From Thecamonas trahens ATCC 50062 (taxonomy: Eukaryota; Protista; Apusomonadida): 64,000 nucleotides of DNA. Below, one piece after another: positions 1 through 11,200 of this stretch. A model generated the notes under the pieces. That model saw only the letters and a program-made list of their open reading frames with translations. It had not been told where the DNA came from and did not search any database. The stretch covers positions 275,810 through 339,809 of the forward strand of contig NW_013657641.1 in assembly GCF_000142905.1 (NCBI RefSeq), read 5' to 3'. Numbering within the stretch: the first letter of the stretch is position 1; each line of letters starts with the position of its first letter. The translations under genes were made by a program, and so were the position numbers.

Positions 1-42
1 GAGAGAGAGAAGGAAGGTGAAAATCGAGGGTACTGGGGGAGG

Positions 43-927
43 ATGTCGCACACGCTGATGGCCGAGTTGGGGATGGATGAGACGGAACTGATGCGGAGAG
101 AGTTGGCGGCCAAGACAGCATACTGCGCCGGACTGGAGCACAAGTTGGCGGCCGCGCTGGTGGTGTGTGAGGAGAAGGCAGGTAAGGACAAGGTCAAGTC
201 ACTGCTGGCAGCCGAGCTGAAGGACTCTGTGGCGCGCATGGCCGCCTTTGAAGAGGCTCTCGAGGGCATGAGGGCAGAGTACGAGGCGCTGTATGTGGCC
301 AAGGGCGCCGAGGCCGCCCGGAGGATGCTGGCCGAGGCGCGCGTGGCCGAGCTGGAGGCCCAGCTGGCGGCACTCCGGCTGACGTTGTCGCCTGATCCGC
401 TGCGAACCATGCGTGCCACTGGTCCGGAGACGCTCTCCGACTCGGACGGAGTGACGCCGACCTCGCCGTCGTTCCCGCGCCCGTCGGAAGCGCCTGTGGC
501 TAGTCCTGACCCGCCGCCGCGCGCGAATGCGCAGCCAGAGCCGGACTCTGTCCTGCTCTCAGACTCGATTACCATCTCGGACGTCACCCTGTCATCGTCG
601 GACGATGCCGAGCTGGTGGCAATCGCCCAGCAGAGAGCCGAGTCCCTGACGCCGTCAATCTCGCTCTCAGTCTCGCTCTCGTCAGAGTCGGATGCTGAGC
701 CTGGGCCGGTGCAAGTGCCAGAGCCGCGCCCGAGCAAGTCACAGCGTCGTCAGCGGCGCAAGCGTCCGCTGCCTGTAGCCCCGGTTGCGGCATCTGCTCC
801 GGCTGTGGAGAGCCAGGAGCGCCCGGCGCCATCGCGCAGACGACGCAAGAAGAAGCGAGCATCCGAGGCCGAGGTGCCCGCTAAGCAGCGAGACCGCCGG
901 CGGAAGAAGAAGCGAACGCGATCGTAG
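43..927 (+). CDS. Hypothetical protein: N-terminal coiled coil, Ser/Pro-rich middle, basic C-terminal tail
   Basis: 294-aa ATG ORF; E/A/L-rich N-terminus; RRRRKKKR NLS-like clusters. Confidence 0.6.
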   Translation: MSHTLMAELGMDETELMRRELAAKTAYCAGLEHKLAAALVVCEEKAGKDKVKSLLAAELKDSVARMAAFEEALEGMRAEYEALYVAKGAEAARRMLAEARVAELEAQLAALRLTLSPDPLRTMRATGPETLSDSDGVTPTSPSFPRPSEAPVASPDPPPRANAQPEPDSVLLSDSITISDVTLSSSDDAELVAIAQQRAESLTPSISLSVSLSSESDAEPGPVQVPEPRPSKSQRRQRRKRPLPVAPVAASAPAVESQERPAPSRRRRKKKRASEAEVPAKQRDRRRKKKRTRS

Positions 928-981
928 ATGAACATGCCGCAAGAGCAGATGTAGTCTTTATGGCGGTGAGCGGCGATCCTG

Positions 982-1368
982 CTAGAGCAGGCCCGAGGTT
1001 CCAGGCTTGTGGCCAGCGTAGCCCGGGACTGCGTGGAGGATGTCCGGGAGGTGTGGATCGCGGGCGGCGGGCTCCTTGCCCTGCGGGCGATGACCTGTAT
1101 AGCCTGGCATTGGAAGGCCCCTGTTGGCGAATGTGTAGCGGGCCTTCTCGCGAGCCCTAAAGTTGTTCTTGGTCGCCGCCCGGTTCTCCCGCAGCTTGCC
1201 CGACCCGGCGCCTTCCAGATGCTGCCGGGTGAGCAAGACCTCGTCTGCCACAGTCCGCAGCACCTCGACCGTTCTCGTCGACATGTCGATGCCGACCGTG
1301 CTCAGATCGACATCAACCCCTGCATCCCCCACCGGATCGACCTTCCAAGCTACCCCCGCCGTCGCCAC
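982..1368 (-). CDS. Small protein with two PGY[TA]GHxP motifs (FAM166/CIMIP-like ciliary microtubule inner protein candidate); start uncertain
   Basis: PMPGYTGHRP and VPGYAGHKP; GC3-biased codons; in-frame stop at 1387-1389 implies an upstream exon, an indel or an internal ATG start. Confidence 0.45.
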   Translation of the reverse strand: MATAGVAWKVDPVGDAGVDVDLSTVGIDMSTRTVEVLRTVADEVLLTRQHLEGAGSGKLRENRAATKNNFRAREKARYTFANRGLPMPGYTGHRPQGKEPAARDPHLPDILHAVPGYAGHKPGTSGLL

Positions 1369-2028
1369 AGCCGCCAGTCGAGTCCGTTACCCATCGCCGA
1401 GCCAGCCACCCACCACCGCCAACCACCGCCCGTCGCCGCACCCACCGAGCGCAAACCAGCCACAACCACAGTCGCCACACGTGTGAGTATGCGCACCACA
1501 TCCGCATGTGAACTTCTCTACCGTATGCTACAGCAGCGCATGTGGCCCGCAGCCTGCCGCAGCTGACTCGAGTCAGCCAACGGACTCTCACCGAGCACCC
1601 ACACACCCCAGCCACCCAGCTAACCATCACATGCGGAATATCAGCCTCAGCACCGACGCCCACTACCTCCGTACCTAGTGTGCTCATGGGTGTAAAGCTC
1701 TGGGCAATACGGCGTGATGGCAAGAGATCCTCCGAGCCCGTGGACATGGTCGTCGTTTGTTGGGTCGAGTGTGCCTCGCTGAGCCCTCGCCGTACTCGCC
1801 AAGGAGCCGGCTACCACATATCGCCCACTGCATCGACTTTATCCGATGATGTCTTGCACTCGGTCGGCATCATGGCTGTGGCTAATTGCGACCATCGTGG
1901 CCCAGCCTGTACGCTACATGGCGCGGTATCGCTACATCAGCCGTTGTCAATCGAGGTCACTAGGGAAGGAAGATTGGGGGGCGGGGGAGGGGGATCGACA
2001 GCAGCTGCGGCATACCTTTCTCGCATCC

Positions 2029-3563
2029 ATGCAACGCCGGGGAGGTGGTCGAGGCTGGATGCCTGGCCCTGTGACGGTGGTAGTGGTGGCCGGCGTGCTC
2101 GTGCTCGCCACGCTGCTGACTCAGCTTGGCTTCGGTGAACGGCGGTCGGGGCTGGCAGGGCAACGGGCTGCTCTGCGGCCCGATGCACGCCCAACTACCT
2201 TTCCGCCGCCCTCGCCTGGGTCGCACCCATTGCCTGGTGGCGGACGTCGTGACATCGAAGTCTTTCGCTCGTTTGCGCTCCTGCCGGGCACCGCGCCGCT
2301 CCCGATCAGCCACGTCGCGCAAGCGCAGTACGACGCGGCGGCGGCGGTGGTGGTGGACGGCACGGCGGAGCCTGTGGTGGTGGCGAGTCCGTGGCCACCG
2401 TTTTCTTCTGATTGGGCCGAGACGGCGATGCCACTGGACGGATACCGCGGCGATTGCCTGCAAATGCGCCGGACGGTGCGCAATCCGCTGTGCCTGCGAT
2501 CGGCGGCCGGCTGTGCGGCGAGTGACCGGCTGCTGGCCAGGGCCGGCGAGATCGAGATCTACTGGCACGAGCGGGCTGCAGCCGCAATCGGGAATGGGGT
2601 CGAGGTCTCGCCGTTGGTCCTAGCTCGGTGCAACGCACTCGAGCTGGCCTCGAGCTTTGTCGCCGAGGATGTGGAAGAGGCGTGCCTCGATGCAGAGCCT
2701 CTGCCAAGAGAGACGTCGCCGGCCAAGGCGGTGTGCGAGGCGGAACGGCGGCGGCTACGTGAGATCATGATGCCCGACGTGCTGTCGCACTGGCCTCGGA
2801 TTTCGCCGCACGATGTGTGGCGCGTGCTCGGCAAGGAGCGGATGCTGGTGCTGGGCGGCGACTCGATCGCCAGCCAGCTCGACTCGCACCTCCGCTGTGC
2901 CATGATGGAGGAGGGTGCTGGGTCGATTAAGATCTCGCGGCCTGGGCAGGACGGCGGCGAGCAACTCGATCTCTTTGCCACCGTTGGGCCCAACGGCGCT
3001 GTCGTGGCCAAGACCATCCACTACCGGTACTCCCCGGCGCTGGTCGACGCGCTGCTCGAGATAGCAGACGTCATTGTCCTCAACGTTGGTCTCCACATCC
3101 GGATCAATGGGCCAGAGGACGAGATGATGTATGCGAACGAACTACGGGCGCTGTTCGGCCATGTCCGCGAGTGGGCCAAGGAGGCCGGACACGTGTTTGT
3201 GGCGCAGCAGACGTCAGCGCAGCACTTTCCACCACCACCGGAACAGGTATGTTTGAAGACGCACGGCTTGTTGCTGGCGCGCCTTGCAGCTGCAGTCCCA
3301 TTGTCAACGGGACGCGCAAGCAGATCCGCAACGAGATCCTCAACGCGGTCGCGCGCGAGCTCGACCCCGACTCGGCATGGCTCCACATCCTTCCGCTCTA
3401 CGAGCTGACCAAAGAGTCGCACCATGCGCATCTCGGCATGATCGAGCATCGCGATCCGGCGGTTGGCACCAGCTGCGACTGCACCCACTGGTGCTACGCG
3501 CCTGCTCTGACCGAGGCCTGGCTCGGCGCACTGTACCCGATTCTCTCTGCCGAGTTTAGCTGA
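2029..3563 (+). CDS. PC-esterase/TBL-like SGNH-fold O-acyltransferase/esterase, type II membrane protein; frameshift at about 3229
   Basis: N-terminal TM (VTVVVVAGVLVLATLL), GGDSIASQL, VLNVGLH, SAQHF; C-terminal DCTHWC in ORF 3171..3563. Confidence 0.75.
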
Positions 3564-3823
3564 GATGGCCAGAAGTCTTACACACTCGCACTTTCTTCCG
3601 AGCAGTTGGTAAATGACTGTTTGGTGCCAATCCATCAGCTGAGGGTTATCACAATGGTGGCCCTGGTCGTGAGCTGCGATGTCCTTCCAATAGAAGCCAT
3701 GGAGCCTGTCGGGCTTCGGTCGACAGGCGGCGTTGGCAGGCTGAACCGGACAGCGGCAGCAGCAGTCACATCTGACTCTTGCCGTGAGCGAGAGGTAGCA
3801 CGACAAACAGGAGAGAGCCGGAA

Positions 3824-4645
3824 ATGACTGCTGCATCTGCAGCTGGCTACGCCGAGCGTGTGCTGGCTGTCCTCGGCGTGGCGTACTCGCGGGTGCTCCT
3901 GGCTCGGTTCAATGGCTCGCGAGGACACGGAAGCGATGATGCGGAGTCGGACGTGGATGTGTACATTGTGTACGCACCTTCGACAGAGGAAGTGCTTGTG
4001 GCTGGGCTGGAGGCATCAGTGGCGCCGCCGGATACGCTGACGACGTCGATCGAGGCTGGCGCCGGGCCAGGCATCGAGAAGACCACCGATGTGGCTCTGT
4101 ACGAGGTTGGCAAGTTCCTCGCGCTCCTTCGAGCTGGCTCGCCGTTGGCGGTAGAGACGGTCTTTGCGCCGAGCGAGGACGTATATGTGGATCCACTTCT
4201 GGCGCCGGTGCTGGAGATGCGGGATGAGGTACTGACGCGAAAGGCGTTCCGCTCGCTGCTCGGGCACACCTCGTCCGAGTTCAAGCAGATTGAGCTGGCC
4301 GAGGCGCGCGGCGTAGGGTGGAGCAAGCTGCTGTACCATGCGCAGCGGCTGATGCTCGAGGTCGAGGCAGTGTACAGCGGGGGGCGACCGCAGGTCAAGT
4401 TTAGCGGAGAGACGCTGGCGGCGCTGATGGCGACCAAGCAAGGTAAGCTCGGCGGCGCCGGCGAGGCGGCGCTCCTGGAGAAGCTGCGGTCGCGCCATCA
4501 GCAGCTGCAGCGCGACGACCCTACGCCGGCGCATCTGCCTCAGGCGCTGCCTGTCAAGTACGCGCCATTCAACGAGCTGCTGCTAGCAATTCGTGAGGCG
4601 CTGTGGGTTGTGCCGCCGCCGGCAGCTACGAGAGCGAGCGAATGA
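3824..4645 (+). CDS. RlaP/YcgL-like Pol-beta superfamily nucleotidyltransferase
   Basis: GSRGHGSDDAESDVDV (GS...SDxD), DVALYEVGKFLALLRAGSP.AVE, KLLYHAQRL. Confidence 0.75.
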   Translation: MTAASAAGYAERVLAVLGVAYSRVLLARFNGSRGHGSDDAESDVDVYIVYAPSTEEVLVAGLEASVAPPDTLTTSIEAGAGPGIEKTTDVALYEVGKFLALLRAGSPLAVETVFAPSEDVYVDPLLAPVLEMRDEVLTRKAFRSLLGHTSSEFKQIELAEARGVGWSKLLYHAQRLMLEVEAVYSGGRPQVKFSGETLAALMATKQGKLGGAGEAALLEKLRSRHQQLQRDDPTPAHLPQALPVKYAPFNELLLAIREALWVVPPPAATRASE

Positions 4646-5738
4646 CGTTGAGTGGCGAGGTCCGGGTCGACATGTCGCCCATGATGGAGCGTAGGGCGGC
4701 GACCCAGCGGTCGCGGTCAGCTTTGTCGGCGGCCTCGAGAAGGTACTGCTTGTGGACAGCAATGAGGATAAGCTGGGTCGGCTTCTTCCCCTCGCGGACG
4801 CCGAGCATGGACGTAGTGAGGACCGAGCCGACTTGCGGCTTGCCGACGGCCGGGCGGTAGACAAGGACTTTTGAGGTGAGGGTAAAGTACCGCTTCTTCC
4901 AGCGCTTGAACGGACCGCCACGCTTGCGTAGCATGCCTTCGCACATGACGATCTTGTTGACGTCGCTGCCGGGCTTAGACCCGCTGCTCAGCGCGGCGGA
5001 TTGGAAAGCCTTGAGGCGGGCGGTGTCGCCAGCGCAGAATGACGAGCGGCGGCGGTCGCGGGTGGTCGGAGGGGCAGCCGGCGCGTGCGAGCCGTGGTAC
5101 TCGTGCTGCGACGGAGGCGGGAGGCAGGTCGCCCGCCCGCCCGGGGCCAACGTCGACGCCCGCTGTGAAAACGAGAGCCGCTGCGACGAGCGCGACGAGC
5201 CAGCGCCGCCGCTGGAGACGAGGCCGATGGTGCTGCCGGCACCGCCAGGGCCAGGCCCAGCCTGGGTGGAAGCCCCCTCGTTGGACGAGTCGCTCTCGGC
5301 ACCGGCGACGGCAGGTGCGGTCGGGAGGCGGGTGCCTGGCGGGAGCGAGAGGACCGACATGACGGGTGAGGATGCGGCCGACGACGGCTCTTGTGCGGCG
5401 TGAAACTGCGAGGAGTCCGGCCGGAGCGAGTCCGTGTCGTCAGAGTCGGTCTCGGACTCGGACCGCCTGCCCATCCAGTTACGATCGTGAAGGAGAGCCG
5501 CAATGGCGGCGTCGCGGTCCGAAACTTCGAGCGACGACGACCGGCGCATGCGTGTGGTGACATAGACCGGCGAGCTGGGAAGGTACAGATTGGCCGCCAT
5601 GAGGCCACCACCAGAAACATAGCCATTGACACCAAGGAGTGAGCCAGAGGTATCGTCTGGAGTCCCAACCAGTGGCGTAGCTGGCCACTCTACGGCCGAG
5701 AGCACGTCTGTTTCCGACGACATGGAAGCGCCCTGCAT
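4626..5738 (-). CDS. PH-domain protein (C-terminal PH, disordered N-terminus)
   Basis: EGMLRKRGGPFKRWKKRYFTL...YLLEAADKADRDRWVAALR. Confidence 0.8.
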   Translation of the reverse strand: MQGASMSSETDVLSAVEWPATPLVGTPDDTSGSLLGVNGYVSGGGLMAANLYLPSSPVYVTTRMRRSSSLEVSDRDAAIAALLHDRNWMGRRSESETDSDDTDSLRPDSSQFHAAQEPSSAASSPVMSVLSLPPGTRLPTAPAVAGAESDSSNEGASTQAGPGPGGAGSTIGLVSSGGAGSSRSSQRLSFSQRASTLAPGGRATCLPPPSQHEYHGSHAPAAPPTTRDRRRSSFCAGDTARLKAFQSAALSSGSKPGSDVNKIVMCEGMLRKRGGPFKRWKKRYFTLTSKVLVYRPAVGKPQVGSVLTTSMLGVREGKKPTQLILIAVHKQYLLEAADKADRDRWVAALRSIMGDMSTRTSPLNVIRSLS

Positions 5739-6656
5739 GACGGAGAGTCGAACTGCAGAGCTGACGCCTTCCACAGGCTCCAGAGCTTGTCTTGCCACAG
5801 TCACCAGGCCTCTATCTGCCACAAAGCCCAAAGCAACCGACTACGCTTAGCCCTTTGCCCCTATGAGGAGGGTGAGCAGAGGTGCAGCAGGTAGTACCGC
5901 TCGTGGAAGGTACGCGGGAAGGTGGGGGGGGGGGGGGCGGAGCGAGAGAGATGTTGGTGAGCGGTTAAAGCCTTTTTCCTTGTCCTTTTTGGGCCAAATG
6001 CTGTTTCGCTGCCCACGTGCACGCGTGCAGGGATTTGCGGCTTAGCTTGGAGCTTGCGTGGAGGGGGAGGTGGGGAGAGGTGGGGGGGATGGGGAGGATA
6101 GGAGGCGGGGGGAATGGAGGGGGAGGGGGGCTGGGAGGGGAGGGGAGGACAAGGGTGATGCCGTGATGCGGGGGGAGAGAGCCAGAGATGTGTGCCGAGA
6201 TGGTGAGGTGGAGGAGAGGCGGAGGAGCTGGAGAGCTCTCGCTAATGGCACGTGCTGTCGCTGGCTGCAGTACAGTGGCGGGGGGAGGGGAGGGGGGGGA
6301 GAGATGGTACGTCTCTTCCTGCTCTACCTTGCATCAGCCTTGCATCCGCGGATGCGAGTCGTCGTTGTGCGAGCAGGTCATGGGAGGGAGAGGCGCGAAA
6401 AGGCACAATGGATCGCGACCGTGAGGGGTTGGCCAAGATGTGGCATGCTGGGATCTTGTCACTGGCGGTGTAGAGGGAGCTAGACGGAGAAGGGAGGGGG
6501 GGAGAGATGGGAGGGACGGGGAGGGAGGGCGGGCGAGTGCGACTCGATCGACAGCGACAGCTCGGCAACAGCGACAGCCAATGCCACAAGGTGACGGGCA
6601 GTGAGGGGGAGCGTGGTTGTGGCAACACACGTCGTGGTTGCCTCTCCTCCCCAACC

Positions 6657-8146
6657 ATGTCGTCGTATGCAGACTGCCACTTCTTTGTGACGAGCAAGTG
6701 CACAAAGGTATGAGTGAGTGTGTGCTGGTGTGTGCGGGGGGGGGGGGGGAGGGGGAGGGCTGAGGCAGGGCGAGGTGGGCCAAGGAACAGGGACAAGGTC
6801 GCAAACTGACGGAAGGAGTTGGAGGGCGGTAACAGCAACCATGCCGGTTCAGGCACTGTGCTGCGGCGAGAAAGACTACGACAGTGTGCAGAGACTGGAA
6901 GGAAGACCAGTCGTGTACCAACATGCGGTGCCGGTTCCGGCATCCGTCGCGACCGATGGCGCCGTCGTCATCGAGGTACAGCTCGAGCTACCAGGCTTCG
7001 TCGGAGCGACCTGCTGGTATGGAGATGGGCGGAGGTGAAGGGGATCCTGGGGAGACGCCGTGTGTGTACGAGATGCAGGACTCGGGATGCATGCGCGGTG
7101 TGCTCTGCCCGTTTGTGCACGGGGCGGCGGCCCGGGCACTGAGGGCGCAGCAGAAGCGGACGCAGCCTGGGTACGCGCCACGGACCGGGGGTGGCGGGAG
7201 CGGCAGGAGCAGCGTGGCGGTGTGCATGTATGAGAACTCGCCGGGCGGGTGCCGCAACGGCGATGCGTGCACGTTCAGGCATGTGGGTCGGAAGCCGGCG
7301 GCTGCGCCGGCGCCGATGGAGGAGGCACGGCCGCGGATGAATGGGACCGACGCGCGCGAGCTGCTCAAGCGCAAACGGCCGTCGCTTGCGGCGCGACTCG
7401 GCCCGTTGCCGACGGCTCCGACGTCGTCAGGCGATGACGGGAGCGCAGCTGACGATGACGCGCCGCCGGCCAAGAAAACCAAGCCGCTGTCGGGCTCGAG
7501 CTCGGTCATGTCGCGGCTGGGGCCCCGGCTTGGCACTGCGCCCGCACCGGCCGGCGGAGCCAATGCTTCGACCGCCGCCGCGCCCAAGACAAAGGCCGCT
7601 GAGGCCGCCAAGGCCGGGTCAGCGGCCGGTAACGATGCCGACGCCGCAAAGGCTGCGGCTAAGGCCAGGTCGCAGGCCGCAGCTGCTGTCAAGGCCAAGG
7701 CTGATGCGATTGCCCGCGCCAAGGCTGTTGCAGCAGCCAAGGCCAAGGCTGCCGCCCGTGCCGAGGCCAAGGAGGAAGCCAAGACTACTGCCGCTGCTGC
7801 CGCCAAGGCGGAGGCGGAGGCGGCCGCCAAGGCCAAAGCGGAGGCGGAGGCGGCCGCCAAGGCCAAAGCGGAGGCGGAGGCAGCCGCCAAGGCCAAAGCG
7901 GAGGCGGAGGCAGCCGCCAAGGCCAAAGCGGAGGCGGAGGCAGCCGCCAAGGCCAAAGCGGAGGCGGAGGCGGCCGCCAAGGCCAAAGCGGAGGCGGAGG
8001 CAGCCGCCAAGGCGAAGGCCAAGGCAGACGTGGCCGCCAAGGCCAAGGCAGACGCGGCCGCCAAGGCCGGGGCTGATGCTGAGCCTGTGGACGATGTGCT
8101 CGCCATGCTCGATCAGGCGCTCAACGACTCGGACGACGACCTGTGA
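6657..8146 (+). CDS. CCCH zinc-finger protein (ZC3H11-like N-terminus) with Ala/Lys/Glu repeat tail; intron 6708-6835
   Basis: Splicing gives CHFFVTSKCTKQPCRFRH..CRDWKEDQSCTNMRCRFRH plus two further C3H fingers; GTATGA donor, ACTGAC branch-like site, CAG acceptor. Confidence 0.75.
7802..8015 (+). repeat. 30-bp coding tandem repeat (AKAKAEAEAA)n, about 7 copies
   Basis: Unit gccaaggccaaagcggaggcggaggcRgcc. Confidence 0.9.
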
Positions 8147-8291
8147 CCGCCGGCCGAGGTCCAAAGCCAATTGAACGATTGCTACTATTCCCATCCAACC
8201 CGACCGACCAACCTTGTCGACTGCGGCCGATCCCGATCGTGATCTCGAGGCGGTGGCAAGGTCACACTGCACTCTCTGAGCCGGTAGACTT

Positions 8292-11200
8292 ATGTCGTCG
8301 ACGTCGTCGCCGGCACCGCTGTCGCCGACTACAGAGGGCGAGAGCTCGTCGCGGAAGCGGCGTGCGTCGGGAGCAGAGCTGGAGGACTACGCGGCGTCGC
8401 TGTCGCCAGAGGAGGCGGTGGCCGCGGCCGCCCTCCCTGGTTTTTCGCCGTCGTCGCTCAAGAAGGCGCGGCCTGCGCGCGGCGTGCAAGGCTCCATCCA
8501 CCACATGGAGCTGACCAACTTCAAGTCGTACAAGGGCACGCAGATTGTGGGGCCTTTCAAGAACTTCCAGGCCGTCGTCGGCCCAAACGGTGCAGGTACG
8601 TGTCCGTCGGCTGCCGGCCGACCACCAGAAGAAGGCCGTGCGGCCAAAAAAGGTCGCAGAACGGGGCCCGTTGCCGGTGCCCTTGCAGCTTTTGAGGGGG
8701 CAGAGCTCCTGCTCGCGGCACGTTTGATGCCACCTCTATGACCCGCATGGTGGTGGGGGGATGTGGGGTGAGCGGGGTGAGCGGAGGGATGCTTCGGGAG
8801 GGTTCAGGTGGGTAGGGGGTGGGGGTGGGAGGCGGCGGGTGCCGGTTGATGGCTGGTAGATTCATGACGACTCACATTTGGGCGACTGGCCTTGCGGCGA
8901 GGTGCAGGCAAGTCGAACCTTATGGATGCGATTTCGTTTGTGCTTGGGGTGCGTACGCAGCAGCTGCGGTCAGCGCAGCTCCGGGATCTCATTCACCGGC
9001 CTGAAGGCGCATCTGAGCCGACGCATGGGGCGAGCGTGGCACTGGTGTTTGAGCCTGTGGGCGGCGAGACGCTCCGGTTCGAGCGGGTCATTTCTGCACG
9101 CGGCTCGTCGTCGTACAAGCTCAACGGCAAGACTGTGCCGTGGGCCAAGTACAACAAGACGCTTGAGGGACTGGGCATTCTTGTGGAGGCGCGCAACTTT
9201 CTTGTGTTCCAGGGCGACGTGGAGGCGATTGCGTCCAAGACGCCGATGGAGCTCTCGCTGCTGATGGAGCACGTCTCGGGCTCGATCGAGTTCAAGGATG
9301 AGTACGAGGCGCTGAAGCGGAGCAAAGAGAAGGCGGAGGAGAACACCATCTACAACTTTACCGCAAGAAGACGCTCAAGGCCGAGAAGAAGCAGTACAAG
9401 CAGCAGAAGGACGAGGCCGAGGCGTGGCTGGCGCTGACGCAGGAGCGCAAGGCGATCAGCCAGGAGCAGGCGCTCTTTCAGCTCTTCCACATTGCCAACG
9501 AGCTTGAGCTGCTCTCGGTGACACTCGCGGCGCAAAAGGAGGAACAGGCATCGGTTGGCTCGCGGAAGGAGCACATGGCGAGCACGGTGGCTCAGCAGAA
9601 GAAGGAGCTGGCCAAGGCGCACCGGGTGGTGCTCTCGCTACAGAAGAAGATGCTTGGCATCCAGAGCTCCAAGTCCAAGGCCAAGCCGGGCCTCATCAAG
9701 GCCAAGACGCAGATCGAGCACGTGACGCGCAAGCTGGCTGAGAAGCGCGACGCGCTGACACGCAAGGAAGGCGAGGCCGAAAAGCAGGCGACTGAGCTCG
9801 CGTCGCTCAATGCCATGCTTGCCGAGGTCGACGCTCTGGCGAGCGCGTTTGAGGCCTCGCTGCCCGAGGCGCTGCGGGTGGCCGGGGCGGGGCTCGGCGG
9901 AGAGGCCGCCGAGGTCGAGGCCACCGACGAGCTCTCGTCGTCGCTCCTCAACGCGTCGTCGCGGCTCGACGAGGTGCTGACGCGGGAGCAGCTGACCGAG
10001 TACCACGACCTCAAGGCGGCTGCGGCTGCCGAGACCGGAACGCTGACGCAGGAGCTCGCGTCTGCGCGGCGCAAGGTTGACGACGAACGATCGCGGCTTG
10101 TGGTGAACCAGAACAAGGCCGACGAGATCCGTGCCCGGATCTCACTCCTCCGCGAGCAGATGGGCACGCTCGAAGCTCGGCTGAGCCAGGGCGAGGCGTA
10201 CGTGGCCAAGACGAGCGCAGAGCGCGAGCGCAAGGCGAGCGCGCACGCGACAATGGCGTCGCGGGTGGCCAACACGGCGGTGCGGATGGAGGAGGTGACT
10301 GCGCTGCTGCAGGAGACGCAAGCTGAGCTGCAGGAGGTGACTGCGGCGCAGCGCAAGTCGAGCCACGAGGCCAAGCTCGCCGAGGCGCTGGCGGCGATGA
10401 AGCGGCTGTTCCCGGGTGTGCACGGCAAGGTGGTGCACCTCTGCGCGACGCAGCCCAAGTACCAGCTTGCGCTGACGGTGGCCATGGGCCGGTACGTCGA
10501 CGCCGTGGTTGTGGACACGCAGGCGACGGCCATCGAGTGCATCGAGTACATGCGCGAGAACCGGATCGGGACGGCGACCTTCCTTCCACTCAACTCGCTC
10601 AAGGTCAAGGCCATCGACGAGCGGTTCCGGTCGCTGGGTGGGACGGCGACGCTCGCGGTCGACGTCATCGAGTACGACGAGACCTTTGCGCCGGCCTTTG
10701 AGTTTATTCTGGGCAACACGGTGCTGTGCCAAGGCCTGTCCGAGGCGCGGACGCTGGCGTTTGCGACGCGCGGTGTGCTGACGGGCGTGCGCAAAAAGGT
10801 GGTGACGTGGGATGGGACCAAGATCACCAAGTCGGGCCTCATCACCGGCGGCTCTGCCGGCGACGAGGCGTCGACGGCGGCACTGTGGACCGAGAAGCGG
10901 GTCGAGCACTGCATGAAGAAGCGGACCGAGTACGAGAAGGAGCTGGCGGCGCTGGCGCAGGAGCGGCGGCTCAAGACGCAGGCCGAGCGACTGCTCGAGG
11001 GTCTCAACGCTATCGACGCGCGGCTGAGCTCGGCAAAGGCGGATGTGGCCAAGACCAGCGACTCGCTTGCCGACGCGCAAACCGAGGCAACGGCGCTCGA
11101 GGCCAAGCTCGAAGGTCTCACCCCAGCCATCGAAGCGCTGGCTGCCGCCGTGGCCAGCGGCGAGGCCCGGGTCGCCGAGCTCGAGGCGCAGATCGCGGCC

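Noticed and set aside
7740-8070. TolA/histone-H1-like protein suggested by the AKAKAEAEAA repeat
   Set aside because: Low-complexity similarity only; the repeat is the tail of a CCCH zinc-finger protein.
9355-9365. Programmed ribosomal frameshifting in SMC1, RPS8 and others
   Set aside because: No shared slippery heptamer or stop-codon context; base-run miscalls explain the sites more simply.
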